Positions 12,737-24,099 of a stretch of 64,000 nt of DNA are shown piece by piece (within the stretch, counting starts at the first letter, position 1; every line of letters begins with the position of its first letter). The notes beneath the pieces are model-generated. The model searched no databases. It was not told where the DNA came from and was given only the letters and a program-made list of their open reading frames with translations. Both the position numbers and the translations under genes were made by a program. The stretch comes from Carcharhinus amblyrhynchos (Eukaryota): positions 49,600,001 to 49,664,000 of the forward strand of contig OZ336881.1 in NCBI GenBank assembly GCA_965287045.1, in the 5' to 3' direction.

Positions 12737-14354
12737 GTAATTTCAATTCAGCATTTCAAATTTTATGTTCTATTCTTGGAATATCAGTCTTAGTTATAAG
12801 AAAATCAGATGATTATATTGTAGCCATTAGAAATAAGATGTCTGATCAAAATGAAATTTATTGCTGTGACTATTATATATTGTTGCTGCATCAATGATGC
12901 AGTGTACCACTGCTCCTAAAAAGCAAAGCATACAGAGGATACATGAGTGAGTTACACAGAGCAGACTCACTAGTGGTTCACCTTTACTGAGAACAATTTG
13001 CATTTATATAACATCAGTAAATTACATAAAATATAACTTAATCACGTAATCTTATTGTGTAACTCTTACATCCCTTAGTTTTTTAAAAATTGAGATTTCT
13101 TTCATTTTGGTATATACTAAATTGGTGCAGTAATTTGAGACATAACATGTAATATGTTCAGTCTATTGGAGAAGAAGGTGTTGAGTTTGGAACTTCTAGG
13201 GTCTTTGTAGGCTAGTTGATGGTTATATTAGTCAATAACTCCAATACCATTGTATCATGCAAATAGCAGGATGGTAGAAGACAAACATATTCCTGTGAAA
13301 GCAGTACAATGGCATTCTGCTGTTACTGATGCATGAGCTTATGTTCTATACTTCATGGATCAATAGTGTCTGTACGTTTCATATGGTTAGCCAGCCATTC
13401 ATTATCTCACTTCCTAACTTCTTGAAGCCCAGTAAAGAAATTTCTAAACAGCTATGTTGCTCTTTTGTGTGGAGTGGCTTTTTATTTTTAATGATTTCAA
13501 ACTCCTCTGAGTTCACGGTCCTCTTATTGTTCTTGTGATCTCAGTGGCAACCAATAAATTTTAAGAAGAAATTATAACTTCTTCTTATAAACTGGCAGAA
13601 TTACACCAAATGATTTCAGGTTTTAAATAAAAACAGATACTGTACAAGATTTAAAGCATGTACAGTGAACAATGCTGTATTTCATAAACACATAATTTAA
13701 ACCGAAAAGTTTTAACGACATAGTCCTTGTTCTACTTTTATTTCCACGTAAGAGTTCCCCTGTACTTTACAGGATCTTGAGGGTTGCTTCACTTATCCTG
13801 GGACCAAACCAAGGTTATCTACAGCACTTGTTAATTCACTTTAATTCTCCTTGGTGTTCCTGCTATTGTCTAAAGTATGAAATTTCTTGGGGTCTTTTGA
13901 CTTGCATCAGGCTAGGCGACCCTCCAATTCTCCCTCAACCCTTCACAGTTGTAGACTCCCCAGCTCAAGTATGGGTCTCACTGCATTTTTGCTTAGTGAC
14001 TCCAAATTAGAAAACACCCTCGGTATCTGATAGCCCTCTGCTACTGCCCTGTGGCTCCAAGCAAGATTCTCTCTCTGCAGTCTCAGATATGCTCCCAGGC
14101 TGATCCACACTTTAACTATTTCTGTGAGAAATCAACAGATGGAACCAAAAACCAAAGTAAAAACTCCTGGCAATCTATCCATATGGCAATGTAGCATCCT
14201 CCCCCTCCCCCTCCCCCACCACGCCCCATCTCCACCACAAAAGTCAGGAAAGGAAACCCATTTACTACTGTTTTCCCACTTCCAACTCTATTCTTATTAA
14301 ATAAACATAGGCCATCCTTTGAATTACAATTATTCCAGTTTGCCAGCTTTTCGA

Positions 14355-16800
14355 ACATTTCACAGCATCAGAATTGTAGTGATGCAGAAGGAGTCCATTT
14401 GGCCCATCGTGTCTGCACCAAGTCTCCAAGTGGGCAACTTATCTTGTTTCATTTCATCTTCTCCCCATAACCCTGTACACTCTTTGATTTCAGATTACAG
14501 TCTAATTGAACCTGTCTTCACCACACTCTTATACAGTGTATTCCAAACCTTAATGCGTAAAAAAGTTTTTCCTGATATCACTTTTGCTTATTTTATTAAT
14601 TATGTTAAATCTGTGCCCTCTCTTTCCTGATCTTTTCACTGGTGGGACCAGTTTCTCCCTGTCTGCTGTAACTTCGTTCATAAGTTTGTTACGCAGTACT
14701 GTGTCAAACATCTTTGGGAAGCCTATGTGCAACTACATCAATCACATTGTCCTCTTTAACCCTTTCCATTACCTCTTCAAAAAAACTCCAGCAGGTCAGT
14801 TAAATACAATTTTCCCTGAAGGAATCCATCCTAGCTTCCCTTAACTGAATTGCATTTATCCATGTGACTATTATTTTTGTCCAGAATTATTGTTCCAAGA
14901 AGTTTCCCTCCTACAAGTTGGCAGGCCTATTGTTGCTGGGCTTATCTTTACATCCTTTTTCAAACAAGGGTGTAACGTTTGCATTTTTTCAGTCCTCCGG
15001 GACCATCCCTGAGTCTAAGGAAGACCGGAAAACTTTGGTCAGTGTCTCTCCCACTTCCCTCAGTCTCCTTAGATGCGTCTCATCTGGCACTGACAGTTTG
15101 GCAGCTTAAAGCACAGATAACCGTTTCAATTATAAACCCATCTAATGTCTAAATTACCTCATCTTTTATCATGGCCTGGTTAGCATCTTCTTCCTCGGTA
15201 AAGACAGATGCAAAGTATTAATTCTATGCCTTCTGTCCTTTTGTCCCTCATTGGCCCTATTTCTTTTACCACCATTTTACTTTTTATATACCTATAAGAG
15301 ACTTTTGGATTCCCTTTTATGCTACCTGCCAGTCTCTTCTTTTATTTGCTTCTTCAACTCTCCTCTGAATCTTTTATGTTCAGCTTGGTTTTCAATTGTA
15401 TTTTCCACCTTACACCAGTCATAAGCACACTTTTTCTTCTTTGTCTTAATTTGTCATCCAGAGAGCTCTGGATTTGTTCGCCTTACCTTGTTCTTTTAAG
15501 GAAATGTACCTTGATTGTGCCTGAACCATCTCTTTGCAGGTAGCCCATTGATCAGCTACTGTTTTTCCTGCCAAGCTTGCACTCCAATTTATTTGGCCTG
15601 GATCCATTCTTATCCCAATGAAGTTGTCTTTTTCTTTTGCTAATTTTTCAGACTCTGGATTGTTCTTTGTCCTTTTCTGCAGTCAGCCTGAAACATGATA
15701 CAGAGATCATTGTTCCCTAAATGGTTTCCTTCCTGATACTTGATCCACTTGGCCCACTCATTCCTAAGTGCCAGGTCTAAAGTGTCTCCTTCCTTGACAC
15801 TCTGGAAACATACTGCTGAAGAAATTTTTCCTGATGTACTCTAAGAACTCTTGTCCTTTCTGTCCTTTATACTGCTGCTATCCCAGATTGTATTTGGATA
15901 GTGCAAGTGCCCCATTATAAGTACTCTAATTTTTGCACCTCACCATAATTTCTCTGCAAATTTGTTCCTCTACATCCTTCCTGCTTGATGGTTGTCGTTG
16001 GACTACAGAGGCAATGTAATTGCAGCATTTTGTTCCTGAGCTCTAGCTAAATTGAACCTATCCTTGATCCTCTCTCTCTTCAGCACCTCAGTGCTCTCCA
16101 TTATCAATATCACCCCTTTTCCTCCTTTCCTATTTTTACTGAACACATTTTATCCAGATTATAATCAACATTGAGACCTGCCATTCTTTGAGCCAGATAT
16201 CTTGAAATAGCCACAACATCATTTCCACATGGCAATCTGAACTTGTCACTCACCAATCTTATTTACCATTCTCCATGCTTTCATATGCATGCATAGTAAT
16301 CCTGATTTAGACTCTATTCCTTTGTTCTTTATTTTGACCCCAACTATTAATTTATTATTCACTACTCTGGTGCTATTTACCTCTCCCAGTAATCTGTGCC
16401 TGTTGGTACTCCTAATATAATTTCCTGGTTCATACTCTACTGCTGACATAGTTTTAAACCTCCCAACAGCTCCAGCAAAATGACCCACAAGGAACTTTTT
16501 CCCAGCTCTGTTCAGATACAACTTGTCTGGCGTATACAAGTCCCATCTCCCCCAGAACCGGCTGCCATGTCCCAAGATCTAAAGCCCTCCTCCCTCCACC
16601 ATCTTCCCAGCCACGCGTCCATTCGTCTTATCCTTTTTTTGTGGATTGATTTATGGGAGTAATCTGGAGATGACTAATTTTGAGATCCTGCTTCATAATT
16701 CTCTACTTAGCTCCCTAAATTCAGATTGCAGCACATCATTCCTCTTTCTATCTTTGTCGCTGGTAAAGATATGGACCAGAACTGCTAACGGTTCACTGCC
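14355..16800 (-). mobile_element. Old, heavily degraded CR1 LINE including ORF1 esterase and the ORF2 start
   Basis: FWGRWDLYTPDKLYLNRAG (esterase), LLCMHMKAWRMVNKIGE (endonuclease start), CR1 3' end near 14360. Confidence 0.85.
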
Positions 16801-17084
16801 CCAACTGTGAGGGTGTAGGAAGGGTGCGGAGGGGCATGCTTGTGAGGGACAGGGCACATGCCCATGAGCGTCAGGGCACATGCTTGTAAGGGTCAGGGCG
16901 CATGCCTGTGAGGAGTGGATGCATTCCTTTGCGGGGGGTGGGGTGCAAGGGTGCAGTCACTCCAATGCTTGTGTGGTGGGAGGGCTGTCCCGTGCTTGGG
17001 TGGTGAGGGAGGTCCCCAATGCTAGTGGTGAGGGAGGGGGGTATTTATTTTTAGCACAGATTGGGATTCCCTTTAAAGAAGTGC

Positions 17085-20000
17085 ACAGAAGGGTGTGTTG
17101 TCTGCCTGGTGCCCGGGTCCGGGATGTCGCATCTGGGCTGCAGAGGAACCTGGAGTGGGAGGGTGAGAATCCGGTCGTTGTGGTACATGTGGGTGCCAAC
17201 GACGTAGGCAAAATGCGAACTGAGGATCTGGGGAGGTAGTATGAAAAGCTGGGAATGGAATTAAAAGGTAGAACCGACAAGGTGGTTATCTCTGGGCTAC
17301 TGCCTGAACCGAGTGCAGACGGGCGTAAGGTTGGTAAGATTAAGGAAGTGAATGGGTGGCTCAGGGATTGGTGTGGGAGGAATGGGTTTGAATTTATGGG
17401 GCATTGGCATCAGTATTGGGGTAGGTGGGACCTGTTCAGGTGGGATGGGGTTGGTCTGAACCGTGCTGGGACCAGAGTCCTGGCAAATCGTGTAAATAGG
17501 ACTGTAGACAGGGCTTTAAACTAACTGGGGGGGGGGGGAGGGTGCGAGGGTAGGTGACATTACAGGGTCTAAAGTTAAGGAGAGGGTACAGGTAAGGGAA
17601 GAGGCCGAGGATGTCCCAGTAATAGAGGGAGTAGGGGGCGTGAGTATGGTTGGTGGCGTTCTGGCAAATAGGGTCCAGGTGAAGGCTGGGATGAAGGCAC
17701 TTTATCTGAATGCACGAAGCATTCGGAATAAAGTGGATGAGCTGGTGGCGCAGATCAGCACAAATGGATATGATCTGGTGGCCATTACAGAGACGTGGCT
17801 GCAAGGTGACAGGGACTGGGAGCTGAATGTCCAGGGGTATCAAGTGTTTAGGAAGGATAGGTGGGAGGAAAAAGCGGGGGGCGTAGCTCTGCTAATTAAG
17901 GATAGCATCAGGGTGGTAGCAAGGGATGATATAGGAACCAAAGAGCAGAAAGTGGAATCGTTGTGGGTAGAGATTAGGAACAGCAAAGGGAGGAAGACGC
18001 TGGTCGTCTATAGGCCCCCGAATAATGATCTGGAGGTGGGGCAGGCTGTTAACGCGCAAATAAGTGTGGCGTGCAGGAATGGAACGGCGATAATTATGGG
18101 GGATTTCAATCTACGTATTGATTGGTCGACCCATGTTGGACGCGGTGGGCTCGAGGAGGAGTTCTTGGAATGCTGCCGGGATAGTTTCCTTGAACAGTGT
18201 GTGTTGGAGCCGACGAGGGAGCCAGCTATCTTGGATCTGGTGTTATGTAATGAGGCGGGTAGAATTAGGGACCTTGTGGTGAAGGATCCTCTTGGGGAGA
18301 GTGATCATTGTATGGTGGAGTTTCTGGTGCGGATAGAGGAGGAGAAAGTGGGTTCCCGGACACGCGTTCTTTGTTTGAACAGAGGGGAGTACGGTAGGAT
18401 GAGAGAAGAATTGGCGAATGTTGACTTGGGGAGCGCGTTGGAAGGTAGGTCTGCTGAGGAGCAGTGGAGGATCTATAAGGAGATCTTTCTTGGTGCTCAG
18501 CAGAAATTTATTCCGATGGTTAAAAAGGACCGTAGGAGGAGAGGTAATAAGCCGTGGATAACGAAGGAGGTGAAGGAAAGTGTTAAATTAAAAGCAGAGG
18601 CGTTTAGAGTAGCTAAGAGTAGTGGGCGAGAAGAGGATTGGGAGAGGTTTAAATGTCAACAAAGATTGACAAAGAAGTTGATAAAGAAGAGTAGGAGAAA
18701 CTATGAAGCTGGGCTAGTGCTTAATATAAAAAAGGATAGCAAGAGTTTTTATAAATATATAAAAAGGAAGAAGCTGGCTAGGGTGAACGTTGGACCCTTA
18801 GAGGATGAGAGGGGGGACTTAGTGGTAGGGGATGGGGAAATGGCTGAGGTCTTGAATAACTTTTTTGTTTCGGTCTTCACGGACAAAGACGTGAATAATT
18901 TGCTGGGTGTTAGCGATGGAAAGGTGGTAGGACTGGAGGGTCTCAATGACATTATTGTTACTAGAGAGGCGGTGCTCGGCAGACTGGAGGGACTGATTGT
19001 GGACAAATCCCCAGGACCGGATGGAATGCATCCGAGGGTTCTGAAAGAAATGGCGGAGGTGATAGTCGATGTCTTGGTGGTTATTTTCCAAATGTCGCTG
19101 GAAGATTGGAAAACGGCTAATGTTACGCCATTGTTTAAGAAGGGTGCCAGGCAAAAGGCAGGGAATTATAGGCCGGTTAGTTTAACGTCTGTTGTAGGTA
19201 AAATGTTAGAATCCGTCATCAAGGAGGAAATAGCGAGGCATCTTGAGGGGAATTGCTTGATAGAGCAGACGCAGCACGGTTTCGTTAAGGGGAAGTCGTG
19301 TCTGACAAATTTATTGGAGTTCTATGAGGATGTGTCTAGGGCGGTGGATAGAGGAGAGCCGGTGGATGTGGTCTTTCTTGATTTTCAGAAGGCGTTTGAC
19401 AAGGTACCTCACAAAAGGTTATTGCAGAAGGTAAGGGGGCATGGAGTTGGGGGTAGGGTGTTAGCGTGGATAGAAGATTGGTTGTCAAATAGGAGGCAGA
19501 GCGTGGGGGTTAATGGGTGCTATTCGGATTGGCGGTTGGTGACTAGTGGAGTGCCCCAGGGGTCGGTGCTGGGGCCTCAGCTATTTACCATTTATATAGA
19601 TGATCTGGAGGAGGGAACCGAGTGTATGGTGTCGAAATTTGCTGATGACACCAAGATTGGTGGAACGGCAAATTGCGCGGAGAGTGTGGAGAGTCTGCAG
19701 AAGGATCTAGATAGGCTGGGCGAATGGGCCAGGAAATGGCAAATGGAATTTAATGTTGGCAAGTGCAAGGTGGTCCACTTTGGTAGGAATAATGGTAGGA
19801 AGGACTATTACTTGCGTGGCGAAAAACTGCAGCAGGCGGTGGTGCAGAGGGAGCTCAGGGTCCTTGTGCATGAGTCACAAAAACCCAGCCTGCAGGTGCA
19901 GCAGGTGGTCAGGAAGGCTAATGGGATGCTGGCCTTCATAGCGAGGGGGATTGAATATAAAAGTAGGGAGGTCTTGCTGCAGCTGTATAGGGCATTGGTG

Positions 20001-20576
20001 AGGCCGCAGCTGGAGTACTGTGTGCAGTTTTGGTCGCCGCACTTATGCAAGGATATTTTGGCCTTGGAGGGAGTGCAGAGGAGGTTTACTAGGCTGATAC
20101 TGGAATTGAGGGGGTTGAGCTATGAGGAGAGGCTGAATAAACTAGGCTTGTACTCATTAGAGTTTAGAAGAATGAGGAGAGATCTCATTGAGACGCATAA
20201 GATGATGAATGGGATGGATAGGATAGAGGTGGAGAGACTCTTCCCGCTCAGAAAGGACAGTAGGACTAGGGGGCACAGCCTCAAGATAAAAGGGGGGCGG
20301 TTTAGAACGGAGTTGAGGAGGAACTTCTTCACTCAGAGGGTGGTGAATCTCTGGAATTCTCTGCCCGTTGAAGTGGTGGAGGCTGCCTCGCTAAATATTT
20401 TTAAGACGCGGGTTGATGGGTTTTTGATAAGCGAGGGGATTAAGGGTTATGGGGAGAGGGCGGGAATGTGGAACTGAGCCACGACAGATCAGCCATGATC
20501 TTATTGAATGGCGGGGCAGGCTCGAAGGGCTAGATGGCCTACTCCTGCTCCTATTTCTTATGTTCTCATGTTCTTA
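17085..20576 (+). mobile_element. Young near-full-length CR1 LINE: SGNH-esterase ORF1 remnant (premature stop) plus complete 945-aa APE-RT ORF2 (17640..20477)
   Basis: CCLPGARVRD, VVHVGAND (ORF1); LYLNARSIRNK, ITETWL, MGDFN, SDH (APE); full RT motifs; (TTCTTATG)n-type tail. Confidence 0.97.
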
Positions 20577-20579
20577 TAT

Positions 20580-20875
20580 GCCTCTGATCTCTGCAGAGTC
20601 AGTCTTGCTGGATCTCTCAGGCCCCTGCTCACCAGATTCCCCAAGATTCTCTGTGCATTGAGGACCAGAAAATCTGGAATGAAAACTTGGCTGCATCTCT
20701 GAAGAGATACAGGCAGGTTTTCGGTTTGAACCTCTTTCATTGACAAATTTTGGGAAAATTTCAGTTCTGTGTTTGAACCATACAGTAAGATTTCCACCCT
20801 GTCACATTGCTGTAACAGTCCATACGTAAGTGACAAATTACATGCTACGTGACTATGGCAAAAATAAACTCTCAC
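20580..20875 (-). pseudogene. Open ~100-codon frame, probable downstream part of the viral polymerase EVE copy at 24.1-27.0 kb
   Basis: HVACNLS...EVQTENLP resembles HLVCNVS...EIFVSDNLP at 33.7-34.0 kb; same strand and collinear with the other EVE pieces. Confidence 0.45.
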
Positions 20876-20879
20876 TCCT

Positions 20880-22050
20880 CAAACAGTCTGCAGCTTTTGA
20901 CAAAGTTGCTTACACCATCCTTCTGCAATGTCAGGGTAGCTGGCGGTGCATTTACTGTTCCATTCTTATCTACCTAAATGTAGCCAGACAATTATTTGCA
21001 ACAGCTTCCCTTCCTACCCTCCCTATTCCTTACCTACAAGCTGCACTTTGCCAACATCATTTAAAAAAAGCTTCAGTTTCCGTATGTATGCTGTCAATAA
21101 TCAGCTGTTTCTCATCACTATTAGTCATTACTTTCTGTAAGTTGTTAGGTGGCTGGTCCCATGTTGGGTATTGGATGAGCAGAAATGTTCTCTAATTAAA
21201 TATCAGGAAGATTGAAGCCATTAAAAATTGGTCAAGATTTTAACTGAAAATTTATTAAAATTCTGACCATTGACTTTGGTGCCGATTATAAGTTCCATTC
21301 CCTACCCACCATCCCATCCCTCTCCTTTCAACTTTCTGAGACTGAACTAACTGTTTGCAGCCTTGGTGTTATATATGACCCTGATTGAGCTTCTGATCTC
21401 ATAACTTCACCATCACTAAATCTACTTATTTCCACTTGAGTAACATTGCATGATTCCACCCTTGCCTCGGTCAATCTGCTGCTGAAACCCTCTTTCAGGC
21501 CTTTGTTATTTTTTGACTTGACAATTCCAGCACACTGTAGGCCAGCCTCTAATGTTTTATCCTTCATAATCTTGAGGTCATTCATCCTCTGCCTGTGTCC
21601 TAACTTGCACCAAATCCTATTCACCTATCACCCTGTGCTTGCTGACCTTGACCTACATTGGCTTCAGGTTAAGCAATGTCTCAATTTTAACATTCTCATT
21701 CCTGTACACAGATTCCTCCAATAGCTTATGTCTGTTTAATTTTCTCCAGCCCCACAGCCCTCCAGGGTATCTGTACTCCCCTAATTTTGGTCTCATGAAC
21801 ATCCCAAAATTTAATTGTGAGCGACTGCCTCTAGTTGCTGAGGCCCAAGCTCTGGAATTCCCTCACTAAACCTCTTCGCCTCCCTCTCTCTGTTTTTCTC
21901 CGTTAAGATATTCTGTAAAACCTACCTCTGACTAAGCTTTCCGTTCTCTGACCTAATATCTCATAATGTGATTCAGTGTCAAATTTTGTTTATAATATTC
22001 ATCCGAAATGGGATATTTTATTAGGGTAAAGGGCTATACAAGTGTAAGTT
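20880..22050 (+). mobile_element. Old L2-type LINE fragments
   Basis: LSAAFDKV-like start, ITPVLADLDLHWL-type C-terminal peptide, L2-like 3' end. Confidence 0.7.
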
Positions 22051-22710
22051 GTTATGGTAATTATAGTGCAATGTGAGTACTGAATGTAAAAGTCCAACTA
22101 AAGCTGTTTTCTGCCAGGCCCCTCATTGCAGCAATTTCTGGCTCAAAATCATGTTGTTTTAAAAAAATTGATGGCTTTGAGACAAATCAGAAAAATAAAT
22201 TTTCTGCCTTCATTAGTTAAAATATATAAGCCTTTAAACTGCCCAATTTCAGTCTAGAGTAATACCTAAATAACAGGATTGTCTGAAAATAATATTAAAT
22301 TTTGAAAGTAAAAATAATGCACATACAGAATTGCATCTGACACAAAATATTTTAATATTGGATTTGAGCACATACAGTATTTTGCAAATTCATAGAATCA
22401 CATAGCATGGAAGGACCCCATTCAGCCTTGCATGCCTGAAAGAAGTATCCATTAAGCCCATTCCCTGCTCTTTCCTTATAGGACTGAAAGTTTTTCCTGT
22501 ACAGGTATATATCCACTTTCCATTTGAATACTACTATTCAGGCTGCTTCCACTATCTTTTTAGACATTGCATTTCAAATGTTCACAACTCAGTAAATGTT
22601 CAATAACTCTCAAAATTATCCTTGTTTCCTTCTTTTGGACAGAGGAAATAGTTTCCCTTAATTAATCAGATTCCTTTGGGCTGAGGTATCTTGAACACAA
22701 GAAACAGCCT

Positions 22711-23935
22711 CATAAGAACATAAGAACATAAGAACATAAGAAATAGGAGCAGGAGTAGGCCATCTAGCCCTTCGAGCCTGCCCCGCCATTCAATAAGATC
22801 ATGGCTGATCTGTCGTGGCTCAGTTCCACTTTCCCGCCCTCTCCCCATAACCCTTAATCCCTTCTCTTATCAAAAACCCATCAACCCGCTTCTTAAAAAT
22901 ATTTAGCGAGGCAGCCTCCACCACTTCAACGGGCAGAGAATTCCAGAGATTCACCACCCTTTGAGTGAAGAAGTTCCTCCTCAACTCCGTTCTAAACCGC
23001 CTCCCCTTTATCTTGAGGCTGTGCCCCCTAGTCCTACTGTCTTTTTTGAGCGGGAAGAGTCTTTCCACCTCTATCCTATCCATCCCATTCATCATCTTAT
23101 ACGTCTCAATGAGATCTCCCCTCATTCTTCTAAACTCTAACGAGTACAAGCCTAGTTTATTCAGCCTCTCCTCATAGCTCAATCCCCTCAACTCCGGTAT
23201 CAGCCTAGTAAACCTCCTCTGCACTCCCTCCAGGGCCAAAATATCCTTGCGCAGGTGCGGCGCCCAAAACTGCACACAGTACTCCAGCTGCGGCCTCACC
23301 AATGCCCTATACAGCTGCAGCAAGACCTCCCTACTTTTATATTCAATCCCCCTCGCTATGAAGGCCAGCATCCCATTCGCCTTCCTGACCACCTGCTGCA
23401 CCTGCAAGCTGGGTTTTTGCGATTCATGCACAAGGACCCCGAGGTCCCTCTGCACCGTCGCCTGCTGCAGTTTTTCGCCACGTAAGTAATAGTCCTTCCT
23501 ACCATTCTTCCTACCAAAGTGGACCACCTCACACTTGCCAACATTAAATTCCATTTGCCATTTCCTGGCCCATTCGCCCAGCCTATCTAGATCCTTCTGC
23601 AGACTCTCCACACCCTCCGCACAATTTGCCGTTCCCCCAATCTTGGTGTCATCAGCAAATTTCGACACCCTGCACTCGGTTCCCTCCTCCAGATCATCTA
23701 TATAAATGGTAAATAGCTGAGGCCCCAGCACCGACCCCTGGGGCACCCCACTAGTCACCATCCGCCAATCCGAATAGCACCCATTGACCCCCACTCTCTG
23801 CCTCCTATTTGACAACCAATCCTCTATCCACGCTAACACCCTACCCCCAACTCCATGTCCCCTGACCTTCTGCAATAACCTCTTGTGAGGTACCTTGTCA
23901 AACGCCTTCTGAAAATCCAGAAAGACCACATCCAA
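22711..23935 (-). mobile_element. Young 5'-truncated CR1 LINE, same family as the 2.7 and 17 kb copies
   Basis: 371-aa ORF almost identical to the ORF2 C-terminus; (CATAAGAA)n tail. Confidence 0.97.
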
Positions 23936-24099
23936 TGGCTAATCTCTGTAACCTTGGGACACTTGAGTGATTTAGTATAACCAATCTATTTAACCTGCAC
24001 ATCTACCTGTCCTGTTGCCTTTAGGGATCTAGGGACATCACCCCACACTCTGTCAGGTCCCTTGTTCTTCCTAGAGTCCTACCATTCACTCCCTTGACT

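Noticed and set aside
20580-20875. Resemblance to dynein heavy chain AAA1 (NLP.SL...PD...L.S.G)
   Set aside because: Weak match, no splice sites or other dynein exons; collinearity with the EVE pieces explains it better
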